From an uncultured Solirubrobacteraceae bacterium (GTDB taxonomy: Bacteria; Actinomycetota; Thermoleophilia; Solirubrobacterales; Solirubrobacteraceae), in contig CAWAFT010000002.1 in the NCBI GenBank assembly GCA_963781415.1, forward strand, positions 948,129 to 1,012,128: a stretch of DNA of 64,000 nucleotides, written 5' to 3'. A program made the translations under genes and the position numbers. The notes under the pieces are model-generated. The model was given only the letters and a program-made list of their open reading frames with translations. It had not been told where the DNA came from and searched no databases. This document shows, one piece after another, positions 7,792-17,656 of the stretch (the first letter of the stretch is position 1; the number at the start of each line of letters is the position of its first letter).

Positions 7792-8853
7792 TCAGCGCGC
7801 GCGGCGCAGGAACGTGCGGAGACCGCGACGGGTGCGGATCCGCGAGCGGTCGGCGACGGCCACGGCGCGCACGCGGCCACCACGCAGACCGAACAGCACG
7901 CTGCGGCGGACGACGACCCAGCGCAGCCCGGCGGCGCGCCCGGTGCGGCGAAGGTGGCGGTGGCGCGCCGCGAGCGTCCGCCGCGAGGTCCCGACGCCCG
8001 CACCCTTGCGCCGGAAGGAGCGATCGCGGCTCCACACCATCACCGCAGGAGCGTTGGACGCGGTGCCCAGGTCGCCGCTGCGGTCGTTGCGGAAGCCCAC
8101 GCGGAACGCCTGATCGGCGCAGAAGCGCAGGAAACCGCGGCGCACCGCCGCAGGCCGGCCGAGGAGCTCGCGGACGCGTGCCTCGCTGTCACCGAGCGCC
8201 ACCGCACCGAGGCGGCGCCGGGTCATCTGGGCCGATCCGGGGTTGCATGCCAGGTCGGGCGCCGTACCGCGCTCGGCCCGGACCGCGGCGTAGATCTCCT
8301 CCGGATGTTCCTTGGCGCGGCTGAGGCACTCCGGGTCAGCCTCGCCGTCGTTGCGGGTGATGACGCCGGCGGTCCCAGGACCCATGTAGCGCGCGTACTC
8401 CTCCGGCATCCCCGGCACCGTGGACGGGTCGCCGGTGTGGCCGTTGATGGTGAAGTTCGTCACCCAGGCTCCTCCTTCGGCCCGGGCCTTGTCGAAGAAG
8501 TAGTGGCCGTCCCACTCGTAGATCTTCGTGGCGCCGTCGTCCTGAACGAACGCGCTGCGCCAGTGGTCGCTCTGAAAGTAGAAGCACTTGTCGCTGGCGG
8601 CGGCGACGCGAGCGGGCTCGAGGGAGAGGAAGTCGACGATGCCGAGCTCGGTGATGTTCTGGCGGCGCTTGTCGAACTCGACGCAGTAGGGATCGGCCGC
8701 GGGGTCGGGTCCCATCGCCGCGAAGCCGGCCTGCTGCAGTTCGCACGCGAACGGGTTCACGCCGTCCCAGCCCGTGGGCTGCTCACCCGCGAGCGCGGGC
8801 GCGACCGCCACCACGACGGCGACGACCGCCCCGATCAGCACCGGGTGTCTCAC
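7792..8853 (-). CDS. Secreted Cys-containing protein of unknown function with a basic C-terminal tail
   Basis: This is the last third of the listed 7792..10716 ORF. GTG 8853 overlaps the GMC stop (GTGA). It has a signal peptide (VRHPVLIGAVVAVVVAVAPALAGE) and no recognisable catalytic motif. The C-terminal about 100 aa are Arg-rich. Confidence 0.6.
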   Translation of the reverse strand: MRHPVLIGAVVAVVVAVAPALAGEQPTGWDGVNPFACELQQAGFAAMGPDPAADPYCVEFDKRRQNITELGIVDFLSLEPARVAAASDKCFYFQSDHWRSAFVQDDGATKIYEWDGHYFFDKARAEGGAWVTNFTINGHTGDPSTVPGMPEEYARYMGPGTAGVITRNDGEADPECLSRAKEHPEEIYAAVRAERGTAPDLACNPGSAQMTRRRLGAVALGDSEARVRELLGRPAAVRRGFLRFCADQAFRVGFRNDRSGDLGTASNAPAVMVWSRDRSFRRKGAGVGTSRRTLAARHRHLRRTGRAAGLRWVVVRRSVLFGLRGGRVRAVAVADRSRIRTRRGLRTFLRRAR

Positions 8854-10527
8854 ACCTTCGCCCGTTTGCGGTCGGGGATCATGCGCTCGCCGACGAAGAC
8901 CCCGGGGCGCCGCGGGCGGTGGTCGGCCGGCCGCGCCGGGAGGCCGAGGTCGGCCGCACGCTCGACCAGGCCGTCGGCGCAGCGCTCGCTGACCGCCGCG
9001 ATCGTCAGCGACGGGTTGACGCCGAGCGAGGAGGGCATGATCGAACCGTCGATGCAGTACAGGCCCTCGTAGCCGAACACCGCGCCCCGGTCGTCGGTGA
9101 CCCCGAGATCGGGGGCCTCGGCCATCCGGCAGCCGCCGAGCGGGTGGGCCACGTAGGCGCCCTCGGTCTCCGTGAGCTTCATGAAACGGCCGAGCCTGCG
9201 GTGACGCGCGATCCGCGCGATCTCGCGGTCGGCCGACTCCCGCACGCGCAGCGACTGCTCCGAGAAGGCGTAGGTGAAGTTGCCGACCGTCACCGGGCCG
9301 CTGCTCGGCCGGACCGAGCCGCCGCTCGGCGGCGGGACCGAGAACGATCCGTCGTGGGTGTCCTCGACCATCGCGAGGATCTCGATGCGGTTGCGCCAGC
9401 GGGCCATCGCCCGCTTCTTCTGCAGTCCCCACCACGACGGCTCCGCGGGCGGGCGCCCGTCGTCGTAGAGGAAGTTCGTCAACGTCGACAGGAAGATCTC
9501 CTGCAGGGTGAAGCGGGTGCCGTCGAAGCGATGCCCGCGCCGGCCGGCCCAGAAGTCGTAGGTCATCGTCGTGATCGGCTTGCCCTTGTGGAAGTCCGCG
9601 TAGCGCAGCCCCAGCGTCCGCTCGACGCGCTTGGGGTTGAACTCGATCGCCGCCACGTGGTCGCCGTTCGATCCCAGGTGGCGGCCGACGTGTTCCGACA
9701 GCGACGGCAGGTCGCCGCGCGAGCGCAGCAGGATCGGCGAGTTGCCCATGGCGCCCGTGGCCAGGACAACGACCTTGGCTTCGATCTCGACCGTCCCGCC
9801 GACGGGCTGCTTGGACGCGGGGTCGATCGCGGTCGCCTCGACCACGTAGCGCCATGGACGCGCGGTCGTCTGCCGGACGCGCTGGACCTCGAAGTACGGA
9901 CGGATCCGCACACCGGCCGCCTCGGCGGCCGGGAGGTAGTTCGTGATGAGCGAGTTCTTGGCCCCGAACACGCACCCGGTGTGGCACCACTTCGCGTCGA
10001 CGCAGCGGTGCGGGTTGATGGCAAGCGGGACGCGGTCGCAGGTGTGGCCGGCCGAGCGCAGCGCCGCCGCCCACAGACCCCCGGACTTCGAGACCTGCTT
10101 CCAGGATGGCTGGCGGACGCTCAGCGCCTGCTCGACCCGCTCGTAGTAGGGGTTCAGGGTGGCGCGCGAGATCGGCTGGGGCCACATCCGCCGCTCCGGC
10201 CCGTCCCCCGGCCGCCGGTCGCGGCGCTCGAAGGTCTCGCGCGGCGAGCGCAGCGAAGCAGCCAGAGTAGAGGTTCGACGATCCGCCGACGGCGTTGCCG
10301 ACCACCATCTGGGCGCCCTGGCCCTGGATGAGCATGTAGGGATCGGAGAGGTAGTCGACGTGCATCGACTGCTTGAAGTCCGTGTGGCCCATGCGCGGAC
10401 CGCGCTCGAGCATCACGATCGAGCTCGGGTCCGCGCCCGCCTCGCGGTAGAGCTCCGCGAGCCGCCAGGCGGTGATCGAGCCGCCGAACCCGGTGCCGGC
10501 GATGAGGACGTCCACGCGCTCGGCCAT
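8850..10527 (-). pseudogene. GMC-family FAD oxidoreductase (cholesterol-oxidase-like) interrupted by a 1-nt frameshift near 10255-10265
   Basis: The N-terminal Rossmann part (MAERVDVLIAGTGFGGSITAWRLAE...GNAVGGSSNLYS) is in the frame of ORF 7792..10716. The homology continues (AASLRSPRETFERR...MWPQPISRATLNPYYERVEQAL...GVNPSLTIAAVSERCAD) in the frame of ORF 8850..10187. The span is 1678 nt, which is not a multiple of 3. A sequencing error cannot be excluded. Confidence 0.6.
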
Positions 10528-11183
10528 CAGGGCAGGTTCCCGTCCGCGGTGCGCTCGCGGCCCAGCCGCCTGCGGTAGGAGGTGCGCCTGTAGCCGTTGG
10601 GCACCGCGCCGGGCAGGCCCATGACGCGGTAGCCGGCAGCCGCGTTCGCGGTCTGGCGCTCGTTGGCTCCGGCCGCGCAGAAGGCGGTGAAGGCCACGGC
10701 GGCGGCGGCCTCCCACACGACGCGCGAGGGATTCGCGTGGTCGAGACCCGCGAGACAGACCGCGACGCGCTCGTCGAAGCCCAGGTACAGAAAGGGGCGG
10801 CCATGCTCGAGGCTGCGGCCGTTGAGATCGGCAAGGAACGGCGACGCCAGGGTGTCGAAGCCCATGTCGGGATGGCGGTAGAGGACCAGCGCATCGGTCT
10901 CGACCGCCCCCGGTCGGCCGTCGACGCCGACGATCGCGCCCTCGTGGACGGGACCGCCTGACTCGGTGGTCGCGGTCCGGCGGCCGGGGATCATCGTGTC
11001 GGCGAAGGCCTGGAGGGTGGCGTCGTCGAGCGGCAGCGGCCCTGCGGCCGCCGGCGCAGGCAGGCTCATGCCGCGCGCCACCGGCAACGCCGAAGCGATC
11101 ATCGCCGCCGCGCCCAGCCGTGCCGCCCGGTCGAGCACGTCGCGCCGGGTCAGCACACCTCGTCGCTCACGGAGCCCGTCCAT
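10527..11183 (-). CDS. Twin-arginine-signal small subunit (gluconate 2-dehydrogenase subunit 3 family) partnering the GMC oxidoreductase
   Basis: It has a Tat motif (RRDVLDRAARLGAAAMIASALP), and the 218-aa size and position immediately upstream of a GMC gene fit this family. Its stop overlaps the GMC ATG by 1 nt. Confidence 0.65.
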   Translation of the reverse strand: MDGLRERRGVLTRRDVLDRAARLGAAAMIASALPVARGMSLPAPAAAGPLPLDDATLQAFADTMIPGRRTATTESGGPVHEGAIVGVDGRPGAVETDALVLYRHPDMGFDTLASPFLADLNGRSLEHGRPFLYLGFDERVAVCLAGLDHANPSRVVWEAAAAVAFTAFCAAGANERQTANAAAGYRVMGLPGAVPNGYRRTSYRRRLGRERTADGNLP

Positions 11184-11225
11184 GCCTGTGTGAACGTCGA
11201 GGCATCCGGGAACTTGCGGCGGCGG

Positions 11226-13004
11226 TCAGGCCTCCAGACGCTCGGCCAGCTCCATCCACGCCGCCTCGAGCCGCTCGCGCTCGGCGGCCAGCGAAGCCGC
11301 CTCGTCCTGCAGCCGCGCCAGCACCTCGTGGTCGGTCGCGCTCACCGCCATCGCCTCGTGCAGCGCCGCCTCGCGCTCGGTGAGCTTGTCGAGCGCGCGC
11401 TCGGAACGCGTCAGTTCCTTGCGCAGCGCGCGCAGGTCGCCGGCCGGAGCCGCGCGCTTGGTCGCCGTGCGCTGTGGCACGGCGTCGGCCGGACGGCGAA
11501 GCGCGAGGTACTGCTCGATCCCGCCCGGTAAGTGGCGCAGCGTCCCGTCGCCGACGAGCCCGTAGACGTTGTCGCACACGCGCTCGACGAAGTAGCGGTC
11601 GTGAGAGACCACGATGAGCGTGCCCGGCCAGGCGTCGAGCAGGTCCTCGAGAGCCGTGAGCGTGTCGATGTCGAGGTCGTTCGTCGGCTCGTCGAGGATC
11701 AGCACGTTGGGCTCGTCCATGAGCAGCCGCATCAGCTGCAGCCGCCGCCGCTCGCCACCGGACAGGTCGCCCACCAACGTGCGCGCCTTCTCGCCGCGGA
11801 AGCCGAAGCGGTCGGCGAGCTGGCCCGCGGAGATCGCCATCCCGCCCGCCAGGCGTGCCTCGCCGCGGACGTCCTCGAGCGATTCGAGCACGCGCCGGTC
11901 CGCCGGGATCTCGGCCGTGTCCTGCGACAGGAACGCCAGTCGCACGGTCGTGCCGCGCTGCACCGAGCCTGCCGAGGGCGGGGTCAGGCCCGCGAGGACC
12001 CGCAGCAGGGAGGTCTTGCCGGAGCCGTTGACACCGACCAGGGCGACGCGGTCACCCGGCCCGAGCAGCCACGTCACCTTCGACAGCAGCCGCTTGTCCG
12101 GCCCGTAGTCGAGGTCGAGTTCGCACGCGTCGAGCACGCGATCACCGAGCCGGGCGCTGGCGAAGCGCAGCAGCTCGACCGTGTCGCGGGCCTCGGGCTC
12201 GTCGGTGATGAGCGCGTTGGCGGCGTCGATGCGGAACTTCGGCTTCGACGTCCGCGCCGGTGGCCCGCGCCGCAGCCAGGCGAGCTCTTTGCGCAGCAGC
12301 CCCTGACGGCGGTCCTCGCGCGCGGCGGCCTGCCGGCCGCGCTCGGCGCGCGCGAGCACGTAGGCGGCGTACCCGCCCTGGTACTGGTGCACCTCGCCGT
12401 CCGCGACCTCCCACGTCGCGGTGCAGACGGCATCCAGGAACCAGCGGTCGTGGGTGATGACCACGAGCGCGCCGCGGCGGCCGGCGAGATGGCGAGCGAG
12501 CCAGTCGACGCCTTCGACGTCGAGGTGGTTCGTCGGCTCGTCGAGCAGCAGCAGGTCGGACGCGCCGAGCAGCAGCCGCGCCAGCGCGATCCGGCGCCGC
12601 TCGCCGCCGCTCAGCGGCCCGATCGCCGTGTCGATCCCGTCCGGGAAGCGCTCGAGCGCGACGCCGCCGAGCAGCCCGTCGAGCACTGCGCGGAAGGCGG
12701 CGTCGGACTGCCACTCGTGATCGGCGCGATCGCCGACGAGCTCGTCGCGGACCGTCCGCGCCGGGTCGAGGTCGTCGCCCTGGCCGATCATCGACAGCGA
12801 CAGGCCGCGCGGCCGCGTCAGCGTCCCGGCGTCAGGCTGCTCGACGCCGGCGATCAGCCGCAGCAGCGTCGACTTGCCCTCGCCGTTGCCGCCGACCACT
12901 CCGATCCGATCGCCCTCCTCGATTCCGAGCGTCACCCCGCGGAGCACCGAGCGCGCCGCGTATCCCTTCTCGACGTCCTTGAGGTTGACGAGGTTGGCGG
13001 CCAC
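11226..13004 (-). CDS. ABC-F family ATPase (two ABC domains, no TM domain, C-terminal coiled coil)
   Basis: It has two Walker A motifs (GGNGEGKST, GVNGSGKTS) and two signature motifs (LSGGERRR twice). The linker and the C-terminal coiled coil (RALDKLTEREAALHEAMA) are also present. Confidence 0.9.
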   Translation of the reverse strand: MAANLVNLKDVEKGYAARSVLRGVTLGIEEGDRIGVVGGNGEGKSTLLRLIAGVEQPDAGTLTRPRGLSLSMIGQGDDLDPARTVRDELVGDRADHEWQSDAAFRAVLDGLLGGVALERFPDGIDTAIGPLSGGERRRIALARLLLGASDLLLLDEPTNHLDVEGVDWLARHLAGRRGALVVITHDRWFLDAVCTATWEVADGEVHQYQGGYAAYVLARAERGRQAAAREDRRQGLLRKELAWLRRGPPARTSKPKFRIDAANALITDEPEARDTVELLRFASARLGDRVLDACELDLDYGPDKRLLSKVTWLLGPGDRVALVGVNGSGKTSLLRVLAGLTPPSAGSVQRGTTVRLAFLSQDTAEIPADRRVLESLEDVRGEARLAGGMAISAGQLADRFGFRGEKARTLVGDLSGGERRRLQLMRLLMDEPNVLILDEPTNDLDIDTLTALEDLLDAWPGTLIVVSHDRYFVERVCDNVYGLVGDGTLRHLPGGIEQYLALRRPADAVPQRTATKRAAPAGDLRALRKELTRSERALDKLTEREAALHEAMAVSATDHEVLARLQDEAASLAAERERLEAAWMELAERLEA

Positions 13005-13057
13005 CGCCGGGCAACGCTAGATGTTGCCCTCACCGCAGTCGCGCTACGTTTCCCGCC

Positions 13058-13327
13058 ATGACCGGTTCGACACTGCCCGGCGGCGTGGTGCACGAGCTTC
13101 CGGCCGACCTGGGAGAGGCCCTCACCACGAGCGCCGTCGCCCTTGACGCCTGGCACGACATCACGCCCCTCGCTCGCAACGAGTTCATCTGCTGGGTCGA
13201 GGACGCCAAGCAGGCCAAGACCCGCGAGCGGCGCATCCGGCGCACCCGCGAGGAGCTCGAGGAGGGCATGCGGCGCCCGTGCTGCTGGCCGGGCTGCAAG
13301 CACCGGGAGCGCACCGGCTGCGCCTGA
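13058..13327 (+). CDS. YdeI/OmpD-associated family protein
   Basis: The sequence ELPADLGEAL...ARNEFICWVEDAKQAKTRERRIRRTREELEEG is followed by the family-typical tail RRPCCWPGCKHRE. Confidence 0.7.
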   Translation: MTGSTLPGGVVHELPADLGEALTTSAVALDAWHDITPLARNEFICWVEDAKQAKTRERRIRRTREELEEGMRRPCCWPGCKHRERTGCA

Positions 13328-13345
13328 GTCGCCCGGGCGGGCATA

Positions 13346-14698
13346 GTGCTCTCCATGGCCGAGCCCCACCCCCACCGTGTAGTCATCGTCGGCGGCGGCT
13401 TCGGCGGCCTGTCCGCTGCGCGTGCGCTCCGACGCGCGCCGGTCGAGGTCACCCTCGTCGACCGGCGCAACTTTCACCTCTTCCAGCCGCTGCTCTACCA
13501 GGTGGCGACCGGTTCCCTCTCCCCCGGCGACATCGCCTCGCCGCTGCGCGGGATCCTCAAGCGCCAGCGCAACGCCAGGGTGGTGATGGCCGAGGTCTCC
13601 GGGTTCGACCTCGAGCGCCGAAGCGTGCTGCTGCGCCGCCAGGCGACCCGCCAGGAGTCAGGCGAGATCCCCTACGACACGCTCATCGTGGCCGCGGGCG
13701 CCCGGCACTCGTACTTCGGCAACGACGACTGGGAGTTCTGGGCCCCCGGCATGAAGACCATCGAGCACGCGCTGCGGATCCGCCGGCGCATGCTCACCGC
13801 CTTCGAGGCGGCCGAGATCGAACCGGACGAGGCGCTGCGCAGGGAGTGGCTGACCTTCGTGGTGGTCGGCGCCGGCCCGACCGGGGTCGAGCTCGCCGGC
13901 CAGCTCGTCGAGATCGCCCGCCATACCCTCAAGCGCGACTTCCGCACCATCGATCCGCGGGATGCGCGGGTGATCCTCGTCGAGGGTGGTGACCGCGTCC
14001 TGTCGGCGTACGTACCCAAGCTCTCCGCGCGCGCGAAGCGCTCCCTGGAGTCCCTCGGCGTCACCGTGCTCCTCGAGGGCCTCGTCGACCACATCGACGG
14101 CGAGACGGTCCACGTCAAGGGAGACGACGGCGACCGCACGATCCGCGCCCGCACGAAGGTCTGGGCCGCGGGCGTGCAGGCCTCGCCGCTCGCGCGGGCA
14201 CTGGCCGAGGCGGTCGGCGAGGACGCGCAGGTCGACCGCGCCGGCCGCATCACCGTCGAACCGGACATGACCCTCCCGGGCCATCCGGAGGTCTTCGCCC
14301 TCGGCGACATGGTGCAGGTCTCGACGGGGCAGGGGAGCGGCGTCCAGCCGTGGCCCGGGGTCGCCCAGCCGGCGATCCAGGGCGGCAAGTACGCCGCCAA
14401 GGTCATCGAGCGCCGGCTCAGGGGCAAGGAGCACCCCGGCCCGTTCCGCTACTTCGACAAGGGCAACCTGGCGACGATCGGTCGCGCGCGAGCCGTCGCG
14501 GACGTCAAGGGGGTCCGGTTCTCCGGCCTGCCCGCCTGGCTCGTGTGGCTGTTCGTCCACATCGTCTTCCTCGTCGGGCTGCAGAACCGCGTGGTCGTGT
14601 TCCTGCGCTGGACGATCTCCTTCGCCACCCACGGCCGCTCCCAGCGGCTGATCACCGGCGAGTCGGTCGCGGAGGACTTCGAGCGCGTCGGGTCCTGA
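13346..14698 (+). CDS. ndh: Type II NADH dehydrogenase (NDH-2)
   Basis: The N-terminus HRVVIVGGGFGGLSAAR...VDRRNFHLFQPLLYQVATG is typical. A second dinucleotide fold (FVVVGAGPTGVELAG), GDMV and a C-terminal membrane-associating helix are present. Confidence 0.9.
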   Translation: MLSMAEPHPHRVVIVGGGFGGLSAARALRRAPVEVTLVDRRNFHLFQPLLYQVATGSLSPGDIASPLRGILKRQRNARVVMAEVSGFDLERRSVLLRRQATRQESGEIPYDTLIVAAGARHSYFGNDDWEFWAPGMKTIEHALRIRRRMLTAFEAAEIEPDEALRREWLTFVVVGAGPTGVELAGQLVEIARHTLKRDFRTIDPRDARVILVEGGDRVLSAYVPKLSARAKRSLESLGVTVLLEGLVDHIDGETVHVKGDDGDRTIRARTKVWAAGVQASPLARALAEAVGEDAQVDRAGRITVEPDMTLPGHPEVFALGDMVQVSTGQGSGVQPWPGVAQPAIQGGKYAAKVIERRLRGKEHPGPFRYFDKGNLATIGRARAVADVKGVRFSGLPAWLVWLFVHIVFLVGLQNRVVVFLRWTISFATHGRSQRLITGESVAEDFERVGS

Positions 14699-14891
14699 TC
14701 GCTCGGGCGATCACCAGCGTTTCAGCGCATCGGGGCGCTCTTGCTCAGACGTACAAGTGATTCAGTGCGGAAAACAAACCTATTCCGGTCTTTGTGTTGC
14801 GGATTCGCCAGAGACGTGCAAAGCTCTCGTCGACTCGCGGCCGGTAGGAACGGGACAGCGGGCAGCCGAGCGTTGAACGGAGAGAGGACAC

Positions 14892-16514
14892 ATGAGCACC
14901 ACGTCAGGGGCGCGCGCCGACGAGCCTGAGCGGGGCCCGCTGCACACAGGCTCGTTCAGCCGGAAGGCCACGGGACTCGTCCGGGCGGCTTCGATGAAGG
15001 ACGTCTTCATCTTCAACATCAACATGCAGAACGTCTTCATCGGGGTGATCTTCACCCTGCTGCTGATCCCGCCGCTGTATCCGCAGGCGAACATCTACGG
15101 CGCCATCCTGATCGCCCTCGTGGTCAGCCTGCCGATCAGCTGGGTCTACGCAAAGCTCGCCGCGGTCTATCCGCGCGCGGGTGGCGACTACGTCTACGTG
15201 TCCCGCGTGCTGCACCCCGCGCTCGGCTTCACCTCGAATCTGTCCTACTGCCTCTGGGGCACCTTCTACATCGGCGTCTCCGGAGTCTTCCTCGGCGTCT
15301 ATGGCGTGGCTCCACTGCTCCGGGTCATCGGCGCGTACTCGGGGAGCACCGGGATCGCCGAGGTCGGCAACTGGTTCGCCGAGCCGCTCGGCAGCTTCCT
15401 CATGGCGGTCGGGCTGATCGCGGTGTTCACCGCCATCTTCACCTTCGGCGGCATGAAGCTCTACTTCAAGATCCAGTCCGTCAACTTCGTGATCGCCCTC
15501 GTGTGCCTCGTCGCGCTCATCATCTGGGGACTCCTCGTCTCGAAGTCCGGCGCGCTGTCGAACCTGGACGCACAGATCACGAACCTCGACGGCAAGCCGC
15601 TGTCCGGGCTCGCCGCCGGCGGTGCCGACGAGGGCTTCTCCCTCAAGCAGACGATCTTCGCGGCGATCTGGCCCTGGCTGGCGTTCAACTCGGCGATCTA
15701 CTCCACCTACATGGGTGGCGAGATCAAACGTGCCGACCGCTCGCAGATGTACGGGATCATGGGCGCGCTCGTCTGGGCCGGCGTCGCGACGCTCGCGCTG
15801 ACCTGGTCGATGCTGCATGCGTTCGGCTCCACCTTCTGGGCGAACCTCGGCAACGCGGATCCGGCGGCGTTCGGCCTCTCGACGACGCCGACCCTCGGTG
15901 AGGTGTCGGGTTACGCGCTCGGCAGCTCCATCCTCGGCATCATTCTGATGGCGGGCCTCGCGCTGTGGACGTACGTGTGGATCGCGCCGTACACGGTGCT
16001 GGTCACCCGGAGCGCCCTCGCCTGGTCGCTGGACAGGCTCGCGCCGGAGAAGCTCGCGTGGGTCCATCCGCGCTGGCACTCGCCGGTGTGGGGGCTGGCG
16101 ATGATCTTCGTCCTGGGCTGCATCACGTCGGCGCTCTACACGTTCGGCGAGCTCTCGGTCCTCACCGGCACCATCGGCCTCACTGCCTCGATGGTCCTCG
16201 TGGCCGTGGCCGGCGTCGTGCTCCCGTTCCGCCACCGCGAGCTCTGGCGCTCGTCGCCCGCGCGCGGGACGATCGGGGGCCTGCCGCTCATCAGCGTGGT
16301 CGCGGCCGTATCCATCCCGCTGCTGGTGCTCATCGAGTGGGCGCTGATCTCCGACGTCAACTCGGGCGCGAGCCTGGAGGGCAATCCGGGCCGGCTGCTG
16401 CTCGTCGTGATCGTGTTTTTCGTGGGTGTCCCCCTCTACTACCTCATCCGCGCGGTGCAGAAGCGGCGCGGCGTGGACATCGAGCTCGCCTACAAGGAGA
16501 TCCCCCCGGAATGA
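14892..16514 (+). CDS. APC-superfamily amino acid/polyamine permease
   Basis: The 540-aa product has about 12 hydrophobic segments and the typical N-terminal region (FIFNINMQNVFIGVIFTLL). The start is uncertain by a few codons. Confidence 0.8.
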   Translation: MSTTSGARADEPERGPLHTGSFSRKATGLVRAASMKDVFIFNINMQNVFIGVIFTLLLIPPLYPQANIYGAILIALVVSLPISWVYAKLAAVYPRAGGDYVYVSRVLHPALGFTSNLSYCLWGTFYIGVSGVFLGVYGVAPLLRVIGAYSGSTGIAEVGNWFAEPLGSFLMAVGLIAVFTAIFTFGGMKLYFKIQSVNFVIALVCLVALIIWGLLVSKSGALSNLDAQITNLDGKPLSGLAAGGADEGFSLKQTIFAAIWPWLAFNSAIYSTYMGGEIKRADRSQMYGIMGALVWAGVATLALTWSMLHAFGSTFWANLGNADPAAFGLSTTPTLGEVSGYALGSSILGIILMAGLALWTYVWIAPYTVLVTRSALAWSLDRLAPEKLAWVHPRWHSPVWGLAMIFVLGCITSALYTFGELSVLTGTIGLTASMVLVAVAGVVLPFRHRELWRSSPARGTIGGLPLISVVAAVSIPLLVLIEWALISDVNSGASLEGNPGRLLLVVIVFFVGVPLYYLIRAVQKRRGVDIELAYKEIPPE

Positions 16515-17656
16515 TCACCGTCGATCCCATTCGCGACCTCGAGGTCGCGGGCCGCGTGGAGGCCGTGCGCGACGAGCTCCGTAGTCGCGGGCTCGACGCG
16601 CTCGTCGCTTACGGCGCGCACCGCGACTACCAGCCCGGCGATCTCCGCTACCTCGCGCGCTGGTACTGCATCGAGGAGGAGACCGCCGCGATCATCGTGC
16701 CCGCCGACGGCCCGACCCTGCTGCTCACAGACGCCATCTGGGACGTCGAGCGAGCGCAGGCGGAGGCGCACGTCGACGAGGTCCGTTTCGCTCCCGACAT
16801 GGGAGCCGGCATCGCGACCGCGCTGCAGGAGCTCGTGGGGAAGCGCGGGCGCGTCGGCGTGGCGGGCTTCCGGATCCTCCCGGCACCCGTGTACCTCGAG
16901 CTCGGGCGCGTGCTGCCGGAGGTCGCGATCGAGGACGCGTCCGAGATCACCACCGACCTCCGCATGGTCAAGAGCCCGGCCGAGCTCGCGCTGCTGCGGG
17001 CGGCGTCGCGGATCAGCGACGAGGCGATGCGCGCGGGACTGGCCGAGATCCGGGAAGGCAACACGGAGATCGCGGCCGCGGCCGCAGCGGAGGCGGTCAT
17101 CCGTGCCGCCGGCGCCGAGCCGTCGTTCGTCACCGAGATGGGCGCCGGGCCGCGAACCGCGTTCGGCACGTTCCTGCCGGGCACCGCCCGATTCGAGAAG
17201 GGTCAGATCGCGGTGCTCGACTGCGGTGCGCGCCTGCACGGCTACCACGGCGACATGTGCCGGACGGTCGTGATCGGGGGGCCTGACGAGCGCCAGCGGG
17301 CGTGGCTCGAGGCGGTCGAGCGTTCCGTGGAGGACTCCGTGGCCGTCATCCGTCCCGGTGTGACGGTGGGCGAGGTGCGCGACGCCGCCGCGGAGTCCAT
17401 TGCGGCATCGGGCTTCGGCGAGCACTGGTGGGACGCGTTCATGCCGCACGGCAACGGCGTGGGTCAGCACGAACCGCCGGACGCCAAGCATCATCCGCAC
17501 GTCGCGCTCGAGCCGGGCATGGTCCTGTGCATCGAGCCGGGCATCACCGTGCCCGGCGAGGGTGCGGTCATCATCGAGCAGATGATCGCGGTCACCGACG
17601 ACGGCGCCGAGGTCTTCAACCAGGTGCCGACGAACATGTGGGACGAGGTCTCGTGA
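16511..17656 (+). CDS. M24-family metallopeptidase (Xaa-Pro peptidase/creatinase-like)
   Basis: ATG 16511 overlaps the permease stop (ATGA). It has a creatinase-like N-domain and a pita-bread domain with metal ligands in LDCGARLHGYHGDMCRT, HGNGVGQHE, CIEPG and IIEQMI. Confidence 0.85.
   Translation: MITVDPIRDLEVAGRVEAVRDELRSRGLDALVAYGAHRDYQPGDLRYLARWYCIEEETAAIIVPADGPTLLLTDAIWDVERAQAEAHVDEVRFAPDMGAGIATALQELVGKRGRVGVAGFRILPAPVYLELGRVLPEVAIEDASEITTDLRMVKSPAELALLRAASRISDEAMRAGLAEIREGNTEIAAAAAAEAVIRAAGAEPSFVTEMGAGPRTAFGTFLPGTARFEKGQIAVLDCGARLHGYHGDMCRTVVIGGPDERQRAWLEAVERSVEDSVAVIRPGVTVGEVRDAAAESIAASGFGEHWWDAFMPHGNGVGQHEPPDAKHHPHVALEPGMVLCIEPGITVPGEGAVIIEQMIAVTDDGAEVFNQVPTNMWDEVS

Noticed and set aside
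7792-10716. Single 974-aa ORF
   Set aside because: It is a read-through chimera. Its N-terminal 60 aa overlap the Tat-subunit gene out of context, and its middle covers only the first third of the GMC enzyme. After the frameshift it is an off-frame translation. Only the last 353 aa (from GTG 8853) form a real gene.
13008-13028. Inverted repeat GGGCAAC-N7-GTTGCCC in the 53-bp divergent region between the ABC-F and ydeI genes
   Set aside because: A 7-bp palindrome in GC-rich DNA is too weak on its own to call an operator, and no regulator gene is adjacent.
14699-14891. Riboswitch upstream of the permease operon (glycine, lysine and guanidine classes considered)
   Set aside because: I could not find the conserved cores of any class I know. 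The region is only noted as a lower-GC leader or promoter within the operon finding.
15965-16510. N-terminal 182 aa of the listed 563-aa ORF (15965..17656)
   Set aside because: It overlaps the permease gene in another frame. M24 homology begins at the ATG at 16511, which forms an ATGA junction with the permease stop.
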